This document shows positions 12,506 to 27,500 of a stretch of DNA of 64,000 nt, in pieces. The stretch spans positions 372,001-436,000 of the forward strand of contig JAWMAR010000079.1 in the NCBI GenBank assembly GCA_036785375.1. The letters run 5' to 3'. This stretch comes from Leucoraja ocellata (lineage: Eukaryota). A program made the position numbers and the translations under genes. Under the pieces are notes generated by a model, which saw only the letters and a list, made by a program, of their open reading frames with translations, was not told the DNA's origin and made no database searches. Positions within the stretch are counted from its first letter, which is position 1. Every line of letters starts with the position of its first letter.

Positions 12506-15500
12506 GTAGGTGATGGATCAGCGCTCCAGCTCACTGGGTCAGCCGCCCGCCTCCCTGACCCCACCCCCACCACCCTGCCGCTCCTGTCAACATTTGCACC
12601 AAACTCTCACATGTTCTCATCACCCATCATCTGTTTGCTCGCTGACCTTAATCGGCTCCTCGTTCCGCAAAACCCTTGTTTTCAAATTTCCCCCCTCCCT
12701 CTCTCTATAATCACCTCAAGCAACTATGATAGTGGTGTTAAAGAGGTTTTTAGATAGCAACATGACACAGTGGCTTAGCTAGTAAAGCTGCTGCCTCACA
12801 GTGCCAGAGACCCGGATTTGATTATGACCTCGGGTGCTGACTGTGTGGAGTTTGCAAAATCTCCCTGTGACCGCGTGTGTTTCCTCAGGTCTGTAGGTTA
12901 ATTGACCTCCATATCGGCCTCTGTAAAATTGCCCCTTGTGTGTCGGGAGTGGATGAGAAAGTGGGATAACATAGAAATAGTGTGAACGGGTGACTGATGG
13001 TCGCTGTGGAGGCCAAAGGGCCTGTTTCCTTACAGTACCTCTATGCAGGCAATAGAGGGGAATGGAGCAGGTGCAGGCAGAAGAGATTAGATTTGGCTTC
13101 ATGTTTGACACAGACATCGTTGGCCAAAGAGCCTGTTCCTGTGTTGATTGGTATCTCTGCACCTCTCCACTTCCAGACTCATAATCATCTCCAATTTCCA
13201 ATGCTCCACTCTTGTTGTATTTAGCTGCTCAGACCTGCTCGTTTGGAATTCCCTCCTTTAATGCCTCTTACTCTCCACCATAAATTCTCCTCCTCAAACC
13301 TCCCACTTTGACTGAGCTTTGGCCACTCACCCTAATGTTTTCGTACATGGCACGGTGTCTGATTTTGTTTGGCGATGTTTAAGCAAAATATGCTGGACAA
13401 TATTATAGGTACTCTGTATCCATTAATATAAGCTGCTGCCATGAAGCCCACCAACATCTATCCTTCCATCTTGTTTCACCATTGAAACCCAGAGTTGCAG
13501 CGAGAGACAAAGACTTGGATTTCTATAGCATCTTTCACATCCTTTGGACATCAAAATGCATTCTGCAGCCAGTGAAAACGTTTCAAATGTACTCCATTCT
13601 GGTAACATATCTGCTTGTGCACAGTCTGATCCCAAACATGATGAGAAGCCAATAGCCAGATCATCTCTTTTTGTGATGTTGGTCAGAAAGCAGATATTGG
13701 AAAGTAGATGAGAACATAGTCGCCCCTCAGCATTGACCCGTTGACCATACAGCACAGCCTTGGTACTGATCCTGAGACAGCACTTCATTCTCTCAGGACT
13801 GCCCCTGTGACAGTGCGTCACACCCTGAGTACTGTTCCTGCAGCTTTATGCCAGGTAGCTCACGGGGTCCTTCAATCCACCACCACGTGGCTCAGATGTG
13901 AGAATGTTATATAGTCTCCAGGTCTTCGAAAATACCACCTGAACAGACAAAACAGAGCTCCTAGACTGAGGTGACACTATTTGACAGTGCAGTACTCCCT
14001 CAACACTGCACCTTTGCCAGAATAGCACTCCTTCAGTACTGCTCCTTTGACAGTGCAGTGCATTCTCATATTGCCCCTCCAACAGTGCAGTGGTCCCTCA
14101 GTCTGCCCCTCCCAAAGTGATGAACTTCCCCAATATTGCCCCTTCCTTTTGCCTGACTTCCTCAGTACTGCCCTTCCTACAGAGCAGCATTCTTTCTGTA
14201 CTAGCCCTCTAACAATGCATCACTCCCTAAATACTGCCACTCTGACAGTGCGGCACTCCCTCTACTGCCCCTCCCACAGTGATGCACTCCCCCAGTATTG
14301 CCCTCCCACACAACAGTACTCTGACTGTACAGCACTGCCTCAGTACTTGCCCGCAGACTGTCACCTTTTCTGAAATTCTCTGGCGTTTACTTGCCCAAGC
14401 CCATCCAATTTGCTTTGCATGCTTTTGCTAAAGTCTAGTAATCGGCATCAAATGTGCTATTCCTAATACACCTCCGTGTTGCCATCTCAAAATATTTCAA
14501 TGTATCACATTCCTTAAGTCACACAATCTGTGGAGTCTGCTGGCTCAAGTAGTATCTAGCAAAGATTCTATAGGATCTTTGGTATCTAGTTTACAGACTT
14601 GATCTCTGCATGTACCATTCATGGAGAGGTGAAAGACATCCAGAAAAATCCCACAGAGTCTCCAGACAGACAAAGATAGCAACTGAATTGCTTCACAGAA
14701 TCATTGATTTTAAGCTGTTGGTTGTACAAATAGATCCTCTGAGTGTCAGTTCTTATGATAATACTTGAGCTGGATGTTAATTGACACAAAATACACCATT
14801 GGGAGCGATTTCAGGTTAGTAATTTGAGTGAAAGGCTGCAGATTGTGTCAGAAGGTGGCTTGGCATCAATCACACTCAAGAGGCTGTCAATGGATTTCCT
14901 GTTGTCCTAACAAGACATCTGCTGTTAAGGCAGAGATGTTTAATCTGCCTCAGAAACATGTTTAAAGACAAAAGGAACTGCAGATGCTGCTTTACAAAAA
15001 ACACAAAGTGCAGGACCCTTCAGGGTTCCCACCCCGAACGTCACCTCTCCATGTCCTCCAGAGCTGCTGCCTGACCTGCTGAATCACTTCGTAACCTTGT
15101 GTTGCAGAAAAATATTTTATGGCTCCAGTATAGGAGCAACATTGGATATGATGGGGGTGTGGTACATTAGGAGGATCATGCAGTCATAGAGTTACGCAGC
15201 ATGGAAACAGGTTGGGTCAACTCATCCACGCCGACCAAGATGCCCCATCTAAGCGAGTCCCTTTTGCCCACATTCGACGCATATCCCTCTAAACTTTTCC
15301 GATCCAGGTACCTGTCCAAATGTCTTTTAAATGTGATTGTAACTGCATCAACAACTTCCTCTGGCAGATTGCCCCTTATGCTCACCATGCTTTATGTGGT
15401 GGGCAAATGGGACCAAGGTTGTTATTTAAATCTTTCTCCTCTCAACTTAACCCTATGTCCCCCGGCTCTTGATTCCCCCACCCTAGGGAAATAGATATTA

Positions 15501-18500
15501 AACATTAACTCTGTCCATTCCCTTCATGAACTTGTACTCCCCAATAAGATCACCCCTCACCCTTCTGCGCTCCAAGGAATGAAGTCCTAGCCTGCCCTAC
15601 CGCTCCCTATATCCAGGCCCTCAAGTCCTGGCAACATCTGCATGAATGTTCTCTGCATACTACAAATCAGTGAGTTTTGTTTTCCATTTCCATTGTCCAG
15701 CAGTACTGAGCCTCCTCACATATTGTCTGGATTTGTTGCAGCCACATCAATACGGATTGATCAGTGTGTGATTACCCAACTACTTACTCCATTATTGTTG
15801 CATCTGATCACCATCAGCGTTACTTAGCAAACTGTACAGTTCAGAGGGAGATTATATAGTCCATCATGTCTGTACAAACTCTCAAAAGAACTACCAAATA
15901 ATCCCTGCAGAACATATTGTGTCCAGCAAGTTTTTGCTTTATATAGCTATTTCCTTTTAGGTTATTTTGAAACTATTTCCTTTCAGGAAAAGCAGTCTAG
16001 ACAGAGGCAGACATTGATCCCTTTGATAAGAGAACATTTATGTAGTATCATATAACAACCAGGATAGAAAAGTAAAATGATTCAAGAAAGGAGGCCGTTC
16101 AGCCCATTGCTCTCATGCTAGTTCATTGGAAGAGTGTCCATCTCGGCTGATAAACGAGAATAAGAGGAACTTTGGGCTTTTATCATCTAGCGGTTCTCAG
16201 GCTGTTTGAGGCCAACAATTACCTTTGTGGCAAGGTACGGATCAACTAGGCACAAATGTGTGGAGCAACACATCACCTCATTACAACACTGCCATCCTCG
16301 CCCTCGCATAGAATTTACACCTGATGGCTGCATTTTGAGATCCTCTCAGGCTAGCAATAAAATTCACACAAATATTAATTGTGCTCATTATAAACCTCAT
16401 ACAGGCAGTATCGGCACTTTAACGGTCCATATGCTGCAGTCATCTTTGCCACCTGTCAGATTGCCCTTGCTGATTCTCAAGAAAATCTCTTTGTTATTTC
16501 CTCCGTCCTCCTCTCCCGCGGATCTTGCTTTAAGCCCCATGGCTACCCTTCCAATAACTCTCCCAGTCACAGTGAAAAGAAAGCTGTTATCTTTATGTGG
16601 TTCTGAGCCTATGTGTGACTCACATAAAGGCTCACACCAGCGTGATCGACTTTTAACTGAACTGGCCAAGCAAGCTGACGAAAGACAGCAATGCCCACAA
16701 CTCCAAAACACAGTTCTTTTTTAAAAAGTCATTTGAATCGCGGTTACTTTTTCAACATGTTTCTGTAATCACATGACACACAGTAAGGATGAAGGTTTGC
16801 AATTGAGATGGAGATTTGATTGATATCCAGGGTAGAATTTATTCCTTAAGGTCACTCTCACTGTCTTCTTCTGGAATGTACTTTATTTGCCTGAGTGGCC
16901 AATTATTGTGACAAACAAGTCCAGGAAGGCTTTTAGTAACCATGGTAACCAAAGGCCATCAAGGACAGGCCCTGAAAGTGGGCCTGCCATGGTTTCATAA
17001 ACAAGTCAAGAGCCTTGCTGACTAAACTATTCAAATCCTTACACGGCTGGAGTGTGATTTTTTGTGACATTTTGTTATGTTTATAAAGAGACTGTGTTTG
17101 ACGTTGAACTATTGAAGCAAGGATTGAAAAGATTTCAATGAAGTACTTGGGGCAAAAGATTTCAACTGTTTATTTTGTGCTGTTGGATCCAATGTCCAAA
17201 ATAATTTAATGGGCCCAGATGTTTCTCAGCCTCAAGAGGCCTGATGCCCTGGGTCAATTAGCGCAGCAACCATAGCTGGAATGCCAAGAGCTGGAACAGG
17301 AGGAGGCCATTCATCCCTTAAGTCTGTTCTACCATTCAACAAAATTACAGCTGATCCTCTGTCTCCTGCTCTTTCCTGCCCGATCCCCATTTTCAATATT
17401 TCCTGAGTCTCCATGAATCTTAACACCCTTGTATCCACAATTGAACGGTGGAGCAGACACAGACCCAAATAACCTATTATATTTCTTATAATCTCCGTGG
17501 TTTAGTGGGCACCACCCTTGCTTCTGAGGTGAAGATTGCACGCTCATGCTCCATTCTCATATATAGAACTAGGCTGATATTCCAGTGTGTAACTGGAAGG
17601 TGCCATTATTTTGACATATCATCTGCCGTTTCAAATGCCTGTGCAAAATCCAATTTTTCAATATGTATTCCTAAATTATTAAAGGTGATTAACTGGACCC
17701 AATTCCTTGAAAAAGAAAAGATTGTGCAAAAGAAAATACATGACTGCAAAAACACATTAAGACAAAAAAAGGTTGATGGCTGTGCAAGTGTGGTCCATAG
17801 TGTTCTGTTGCCGAGGTAGGATTAGGGGTGTGCGGGTAGGTTTGAGAAGTTGTTAATTGTAGGAAAGTAACTTCCTGAACCTGGTAGTGTGCGACCTCTG
17901 GTTTCTGTACCTCCTGCCTCATGTAGTTGGTGAGGAGGTCCGTGCCTGTTATAGACTCTCTACGTCACTCTCTGCAGATTTGTGACAACCTGGTATGGGC
18001 AGCAAATATAAACTAGACCCATTGCAGTGCCAGGAACAGCATCTCGCAGTTATTGGTGCTGTCAACGTTTGGCCGAGACCTCATGTTTCTGATGAGATCC
18101 CTGCGTGCCAGAAAGAATTAGTGGGCAGCAGGCATAATTATTGGTCTTGCATTGGAAATAAGTATCTCGATTCTAGTTCCTTTAAGAAGATTTAACTTAT
18201 TTAATATTTGAAGATGATTTGCTCCATCAGCACTAACCTCTGATTCACCGTCACTAGAATATTTCAGGTTGAAGTTGAGATCTGGGCTTACTGAGAGAAA
18301 CTGACTACTGGGATTAGTCAATAATTCTGTATGTGAGGATCAGGTACACCTTGTCAATGGACAACAGTCATCTCATCCAAAAATCTCTTTGGTCCAATGC
18401 AATTTCCATTCTCATTTCCCCTATTGGAGATTAGCAACTGAAGCTTTGCCTTTCCCTTCATTCCATCTGTTCACGATTGCATTTTTGAACAGTTACAGGA

Positions 18501-21500
18501 ACCTTGCAACAGAACACGAGTCCCTGATGCAGAAATACCTCCACCTTCTGCAGATCGTAGAGACTGAGAAAACAGTCGCAAAACGATTGCGGCAGCAAAT
18601 TGAGGATCAAGAGATTGAAGTTGAGCGACTGAAAGCTGAGGTAGGAGACGATCAAGACTGGGTTGTGGTGACTGGTGCGCGGGATGTCACCTCTGTAGGA
18701 TCATTCTGGGTTACAAGTCAAGAAAATGGGTAGAAGTGAAGGTGTGATTCTTACTGAATTCGGGATATATTTCACTCCCAGTTACACTGCGGAGAATCCT
18801 GTTGGAAGCTGGGAATATTGTATGGAAAAACTTGTGGCTCTTGTTTGTGAGCCCTTGGCTGAGTGACTCCAGTGGCAGTGGATCAGGTCATTGAATTCAC
18901 TTAGCTTTCTTTCTCATTTCTTTTAACAGATTGCTTCACTGCTCAAAAACAATGACCGCATCCAACTAACCGAGCCAGTGATGCAGAATGATGAAGATGT
19001 TGATATAAGGAAAATCAAGAAGGTAAGACAGATACACAAGCCACTGACATATCCTGCAGTAAGACATTTTTGATTTTATTGTGACCCACTCCCACATAAC
19101 ATATTCTTCGTAAACAAATAATCTTCTTGACCTTAAGCTCCAAGATTCCTTTGCTCCCCAGGTGTCCCCTATTTATGATACATTTTCTTGCCTTGTTTGC
19201 CTTCCACAAATATATTGCTTCACACATTTCCAAACTGGATTCCATTTGTCACTTTCCCGCCCTTCTAAGCAGTTCATTGATATGTAACTTTCTTCCTTGG
19301 GGTTGATTGTCTTTGGTTTGAAACTTTGGTTTCACCTGTAAATTCTTAACTGTGGCACCTACCCTCCAAGTTAAAGTCATTGCTGTATCCAACAGGTCCA
19401 AAGCTTCCTGCGAGGATGGCTGTGCAGAAGGAAGTGGAAGACCATTATCCAGGACTACATCCGCTCCCCACATGCTGAGAGCATGAGGAAGAGGAACCAG
19501 GTTGTGTTCAGTATGCTGGAGGCTGAGGCTGAGTATGTCCAGCAGCTCCACATCCTTGTGAACTGCTTCCTCCGACCACTCCGCATGGCAGCCAGCTCCA
19601 AGAAGCCTCCGATCACCCATGATGATGTTAGCAGCGTATTCCTAAACAGGTATCCAGCAAGAGAATCTAATAAAATAGTACTTAGGATGCTGGACCAACA
19701 ATCATGAAGTTGAGTTCCTATCCCATGCTGGCAGGCGGGTAATTTAAATTTAGATAATGAAATAAATCTAAAATTATTGTATTGGTAGTGGATTATGTTA
19801 AAAAGTCATTTGGATCACTAATGTTCAGCCATGGAAACCTTTGATCGTTACCCGTTGTGACCTGTATGTGACTCTGGACCCACTGCAATATTCCCCCTGA
19901 AAATGCTCTGAAGACAGTAAGTTGCACCAAACCGTCATGACTGGTTCCACATTCCCACCAGATTCCCAAAGCAGGAATAAATGCAGCCTTCCTGTGAAAG
20001 ATTTACAAAAAAAGTAATTTTAAGAATTCCATACATACCTATCACCATTGAGTTGTCTATGACTTGGAAGGATGTGATCAGAAATGATTAGCAGGATTTT
20101 ATTGTAAATACACATTCCATTCTCTTTCTTTATACTTACCTTGTTCTCTTTTCCAGTGAAACAATTATGTTTTTGCACCAAATATTTTACCAGGGACTAA
20201 AAGCCCGAGTCTCCAGCTGGCCTACACTAGTACTAGGTAGGTATCGTGAGTACTTATATCATGAGGCTCCCCATTGGTAACTCAGGTGTCGTGTTCTTTT
20301 GTGCAGATGTGAAAATTATAGTGTTCAATCCGCAATATGCTCTGCTCTCAAGACGGAGCCTTGCCTCTTTAACAGAACAGACCAGGATTAGCTTCTTGTG
20401 AAGTAAACAAAGCACAGTTCAATCAGAGTTCAGTTGCTCTTTTAGTTTAATTCCTCAACCAGAGTGAAAGATCTGGCTGTTTAAAAGGAAGGTGATCAAT
20501 TGGTGAAAAGGCTGACTGTCAGTATAAAATCAAAGAGCATAAGACGAGCTGGCAGAAAACACAGCGGGTCGAGCAGCATCTGTGGGGCAAAGGAATTGTC
20601 AAGGTTTCTGGTCGAGACCCTACATCAGGATTCCTTTCCCACATAGATGCTGCTTGACCAGCTGAGTACCGCCAGCAGTCTGCTTTTCTTTTTGCAGTTT
20701 CCAACATCTACAGTCATTTGTCTAAAAAAAATGAAGAATCCAATTAACAGAATGTTTTTCCAAAAAAAAAGGTCCAGTTAGTAGAATTCCATGAAATGTT
20801 ATGTTGGGTCTGCTCCCATTTATTACATATAAAACAATTAAGATTAATTTTGGAATTTGAGTATTCTACAATTTTGGAAATGCTGTAACCTGAATTAGTT
20901 TAGTTTAGTTTATTGTCACATGTATTGAATTATCAAGATTATAGGTGGACAGAACTGCATCAGCAGGTGGGTGCCATGTGCAGTTGAATATTGGCAAATG
21001 GCAATTAATAGCCCTTTAATCTAAGAGCAGAGCAACAAAGTACAAGTTTGTTCAATGTTCACACAAAAGTCCAAAGGCATCATTGTGTAAAAAGTCCACA
21101 AATAAAAATAGCTACCATTTTTGTTTTAGTATCAAGGAAAATAAGATGCACTGAGTGTTTATCATATTATAATTAAGCCACAGTGGAAATGCTGTTTTTC
21201 AGATTTAGGCACCAAGTATAGAAAGAATGTGTAAACGTAAATCACTGGGATGTTACCAACAGTTATTGGGATACATGTGCAATGCAGGGTATTCACTAAA
21301 ATTGGGAACATTTAGAGAACGGTCTAACCTTTAAGATCATCGTATTATTTACACTGCGTTATTTCTGATAAAATCAGAAAATGCTGAAAAATCTCAGCAG
21401 GTCAGGCCGCATCAGTGGAAAGAGAAACAAATACCTGTAATGCTTTAGGTCTGGGATATAGATTGACTGACTGAGATTTTGCAAACAAAGAAGAAAACTT

Positions 21501-24500
21501 TCACCAAAAAAAAATCACAGGTGGTTAGGAAGGGAAGTAATGTTCTAACACTCTATAACCACAGGCAGTTAAAATTTAGAATTGTTGGCTACTGACTGTT
21601 GATGAATAAAAGTTAGCATTTTCTTGGCAGTTAAGAGTACTACATTGTTAAAGCTTTTGGCTTTCTAGATAAAATGTTAAATTGAGCCCCAGCTTGCCGT
21701 CTTGTGTGGATACAAGCCAGAAGAAATGCAAGAGGTTTCTCCATGAATTATCCCCAATCAATATTACCAAAACAGATTATTGGCCTTCATTTAATTTCAT
21801 TTGTGGGAACATGCAGCTCATATTGCAGTGTGTTTGCAGCAGTGATTGATTTCCAAACGCTCTTCACGGGCTGCCAGGATCATTTGCAGCTCATGGCAGG
21901 CAAGCCTTTGCTTCTTTATCCACACAATGAATGAATCTTCCCATCTGTGTGCCAAGTCATAACGTGAGGTCTGACTTTCCACTGCCAGTCCATGTGTAGT
22001 CTTGCAGAAATGTTTAGAGGTGCCCACTACACCAAGTTTTTGACCATGCGTATTCTGAACCATCCCACAGCTGACCTGTTCGACATTCTCCTTCCAATGC
22101 TGAACATCTATCAGGAGTTTGTAAGGAATCACCAGTATAGTCTACAGATCTTGGCCAGCTGCAAGCAAAACAGGGACTTTGACAAACTTCTGAAACAATA
22201 TGAAGCAAAGCCGGATTGTGAAGAGAGGACACTGGAGACATTCCTGACCTATCCAATGTTTCAGGTGAAACAGCAGAGCATAGGGGAGGGGTTGGGTGCA
22301 TGTTGCAGTGATAAAGTCCGGGACCAATTATATGTAGTTGGTATATATAAATATAAATAGACCATTCCTCAACTATTTCAATAACACAATGTCGTTCTTG
22401 TGTCCGATCCCACATTCCGTGTGATCATAGGATTATCCAACTGGAGATTGTGTATAGAATGTGGAGAAAGTAGAGAATATCTATAACATGTGCAAATGAA
22501 AAATGAGGGAATGTTAGTTGGGAAGTAGAGGAACACAGAATAAGCAATGGGGACTTAGTAGTCATTGTTGCAGCTCATTTGATTTTCCAGTGAAGTCTAG
22601 TGAGGCAACTGATTCAATATTATCCATTTTACATTATCGTCAATTATCCATTTTATTTCTGTAATCTTTTGCATATAACAACAAAGTCGGTTTGGTGTCC
22701 TATAAAAAGCAGCCTGCAAACAGAGCATCTACTTGTTTGTAATTTGTATTTCCTGACTTTGGCTCCTTAGATCCCCAGATACATCCTGACTCTCCACGAG
22801 TTGTTAGCTCACACACCCCACGAGCACGTGGAGAGGAAGAGTCTGGAGTACGCCAAGTCAAAGCTGGAGGAACTCTCACGGTGAGTGACGCCATCCAGTG
22901 GCCATCTCTGGCATGCAGTGGATGGAACATTCCTTCCACTGATCTGGGCAGCATTTAAAGACTGTGGCTGAATTAAAGTTTCTCCAACTTTTTATTATAG
23001 GGCAACAATCCTCTTTTGAAAATTAATGTCAGCTCACATCCAGCTACTCCATCCTCTGCTTTGTAAATTAAACTAGTGTATTGGTATTTGAAACTATTTC
23101 TTCAAGTTTGTCTCTTCCAATTTTATCCACATCTTCTCCTCTCCTTCTCCGTTCCCTTTCTTCTGGCGTTAGTTGTTTTCTCGTCCTGATTACCATGTTC
23201 TGGCATCTCACTGATGACACAGTGAGGGTTGAAAATCTACCCCACGAATGAACTATTGAAACTGAGACCAGTCTCCTTCCATACGCATATCAGTGTGGGT
23301 TGGTGGAAAATGTTTACAGTGCGGAAAACCCTCTTTTCCCCCTATTCCTGGTTTAGAAGTGCTGCACCCACCCACATTGCAGACCATGAGAAAACTTGGA
23401 TCCACTGATCAAAGATTGACAGTTCTTCCACTGTCCTGCCATAAAGCTGTGTTGTCCGTGTGCACGGCAATGTGAAACCAACACTGTTTGTGTTTGTCAC
23501 AGGATAATGCACGATGAAGTGAGTGAAACAGAAAACATTCGCAAGAACTTGGCTATCGAGCGGTTAATTGTGGAGGGATGCGAGATTCTCTTGGACACCA
23601 GCCAGACGTTTGTACGGCAAGGTAATGGGAGATGGTATTGTTCAGGACTACACTGAGAGCACATGGCATACAGCTCAGTGTGTGTCAATGACATGCATGA
23701 TCACTGGTCTGGTATTATATTTCAGAGTGAGGCCCAATACCTTTGGTTCAGTGCACTGGGTTGATGGATTGGTCATTGCAACACTATGCATTCAATTATT
23801 CCTTTGCCATTCACTTGCATTTTCATTGGCAAGTGGACTGTCAGTTGGTAAGCTGATTTCAGGCTGTGCTGCTTGAAGATATTTGCAATTAGATGAACTC
23901 TGCCAACTTGCAGCCAGTGAAATCCCTGTGATGAGTTGCCACGACTAAAGAAAATGTCCATGGCATTGTTACATAAACTTTAATGATGGTTGAGAGAGAA
24001 ACATTGACTGAGACACTGAGGGGAACTGCAAGGCAACCTGGGTTTAATGTCTTATACTCCTTCAATAACATTTTGCATCTGACTCTGGGATACATCACTA
24101 AGTTTGATATTCTAGGAGTGAAAAGTTAAGCTGAAAACCCATCTACTTTCTTGTATGGATGTAAAGAACCAATTTGGGTAGTTACTTAGTTTAGTGTTAT
24201 TGCCTATAAACGATGTATGGAATTAAATTCCTTGTTTATATGAAGCTCATAGAGTAAATAATGCATATACTGTAATGATAGATACAATAAGTACAATGAG
24301 GAGTGCAAAACAGCAGAATGGTGCAAGATTATATTGCAATCGGAAGACGTGTAAAAAATTCTTATAAAGTACAATAACGGAATTAACAACCGGCGTAGAG
24401 TTAAGTGGAAATGTACTTGTCAGCACCTCTGAGAAATAGGTGTGAATGAGGTAATTGGTTCAGGAGGCAGATAGCAGTGGGGAAGAAGCTGTTTTTAAGT

Positions 24501-27500
24501 TTGTACGTCCAGGCTCCTAATATCCCAGAAGGAGAAGAAGGAACAGGGAATGGCCAGAGTGGCAGGCATCCTTGACGAGCAAAGAAATCCTGTGGAATGA
24601 TCTTTACCAATGGAGTGGACTACAAGTGAACAAAGTGTTCAGTGACACACCGAGTCACATGGCAGACCGTTGTCTATTGTGCCGTACCTTCAGCAGCTTG
24701 CAAGTGGAATTTTAGCATTTTATTTACGGCCACTTTAGAAGGCAGTTCGAAGACTCAGAGCAGCTAAGGTGGCAACTTTCCTTCCCTAATATACATGAGA
24801 CGGGTCACAAGAATTCAATAGTATTGTGACTAATTATACTTAATCAACTGGAATTATTTAATGAACTGAGTTTAAAATCACTTAAATTTGCCTTCAAACT
24901 CTCATTAGCTGGATTACTAATCTAATATTATAACTGCAATTGCATCATGCTCAATACACAACCACTGCAGGTTTTGCTGAGTTGGCAGCTCACATGATAT
25001 TCTGTTGAGAGCGATATGCTTATCTTTGTTTTACGGTCCACCAGTAACTAGCTGATACTCTCTCTAACCCAGGATCGCTTATCCAAGTACCCATGACTGA
25101 GAAAGGGAAGATTACCCGTGGTCGGTTGGGATCGCTCTCAATGAAAAAGGAGGGAGAGAAGCAATGTTTTCTGTTCTCCAAACACTTGATAGTTTGTACC
25201 CGAGGATCGGGTGGGAAACTCCACCTAACTAAAGTAGGTGACCAATGCTCATCTGTGTGTTCTTTCATTTCAAAATGTAATATGTGCAGAAATGCTGCAG
25301 CATTAGCACTCAAATAAGTGATGTACACAGAAAATAAATGTCTTTTTGCCCATCCATCAATGTGCTAGATTTTTGAAAGAGTTCTCTATTCAATGCCTCT
25401 TTTTCCCAAAAGTTCTGCAAATATCCCCTTTCATCAAATTTCCCCATCGAAAGTAGCTATCGATTACCCACTATTGGTCACTTTAAAACAGCATGTGTCC
25501 AGAAAAATGCTGTGTAAAAATCCCTTATCTTCCCTCTGGTGGCCAGCCTTCTGTGGAAGCAGCTTCTCCTCATTGACTCTATCAAAACTCTGTGCTTTTG
25601 AATTTCCCCTCCATTTTCTCTACTCTCAGAAGAACAATCTCAGCAACTCATCACTCCCCCACATAAGATGAAGTTTTATCGTCCTTGGGCTCACATGAAT
25701 AAATATCCTCTCCGAGGTCATGATCATGGAAACATTGTTCTGAATGGTGTAGCCAGTGACAAGGTGAAATGTGTTTTTGGCAATATCTTACTCTAATGTT
25801 TCAAATGTGATTTTGAGGAATTCCTCACTCGGGGATCAAAGTCTGAACAGTGGAAGCAGGCTCAACCTGAGAGGCTGGATATCAGGCTGGGAATCCATCC
25901 ATGCCCAGATGTTGGAGGAGATTTGATAATCTAGTCACAAGTCTACAGTTGAGGCTCAGTTTTAGGATGTTCATTTAAAAATTGATAAACAATGGAATTA
26001 AGGGAAGTATTAAAGGCCACATTAATGGAATTACATCACATATCACTCAAAATTTACAGTAAGGTCGAACAGGCTTGAGAGAATAAATGGGCTCCTCCTC
26101 CTTCAATATCATTTTGTGTCGCAAATATAGACCATTCTCCCACCCACTCAGACATTTCTCTGCTTCCTCATCCCCCCCCATGTGATAATCACTGTGGCTG
26201 GTTTTGTTTTTCAGATGCTGTTTGACAGTAAACGAGTAAGTACATCAGAAGCTGCTCAGGGAACTTGACTCTCGCTCAGTGCCAGGCGGGTGGGAACCTT
26301 ACTGGAAGTGAAAGGCTGGGGCTTTAGGTTTAGGTTAAACCTCCCATCATTTGTACAGGGCAGAATGTACCGGGGTTCCATTCAGGGATCTCCCCATTGC
26401 TTTTACCAGTGACCTCACAGGTCCTGGAACTCCTTGGCCCTGACCACAGAATCACTGTTAATTTATGAAAACTACCACCTCTCTGGGGACCACTGAGGGG
26501 ATTCTGATCACGGGCACTAGACACATTAATGCTCCCCTTGTCAGCCAACAACCAACTGCACTGAGTCATGTGTGCAACGCTGCTCCAGACAAGAGCAGTT
26601 GCCTATGGGGAGGTGATCCTTCAATTATTTATGTATATAACCTCCTGTTCACTTGGTTCTTGCATCTCCTGTATGACCTCACCATTGATTACCTTTCTTC
26701 AATGTATTATGAAAATGTGTCATTTCACACCTTTCTGTTAATTACCACCAGTGTGTGCCTGGCCATTTCACTAACGATATGTATCATTCCAGGGATGAAC
26801 TCAGCTGTGAGAAAGAATGTCATTTATGTTTAAGTCAAATCTTGTTTGCCTTTTCAAGTGGTTTTAATTGCTTTACAGAATGGTGTTCTCTCACTCATTG
26901 ATTGCACCTTGCTGGAGGACCCAGAGACCACAGAAGATGAGAGTATGTAAAAAGAGTTACAATATAGAATTTGTGTGCAAGTGTGAATGGGCGTGAGCAC
27001 CTGTGAGTGTGAATCTGTGAGACCGTGTGTATGTGTCGGTGTGTGTTTATGTCTAAGACTGGGCTTGCACACAAGACTCAGCACATGCATTTGTGTTTGC
27101 GTGTATCTATGAGAGGTCCTTGTGTGTGTACTTGCTTCTGTAAGTTGGCAGGTTAAATCAGTATATCAACTCCTGGAACCAAAGCCTGACCAGTCTAATT
27201 CTGTTCTAAGGGCTCTCACTGAACCCTGGCTTGGTACTGCCTTAGTGAAAAGAGCCTCAGCACTAAAGGTTAAAGTTGATGCTGAATTTATGCTTTCCAC
27301 CAAGCTGGAAAGGGTACAAAAAAGATTTACGAGGATGTTGTCAGGACTAGAGAGTCTGAGCTTTGGAGGGAGGTTGAGTAGACTGGGACTCTATTCCTTA
27401 GAGCGCAGGAGGATGAGGGGTGATCTTATAGATCATGAGAGGAATAGATCAGGTAGATGCACAGAGTCTCTTGCCCAGAGTAGGTAAATCGAGGACCAGA

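Noticed and set aside
13981-14352. Regularly spaced ~33-bp repeats resembling a CRISPR array
   Set aside because: Units are head-to-tail and degenerate with no unique spacers, there are no cas genes, and the context is a vertebrate intron.
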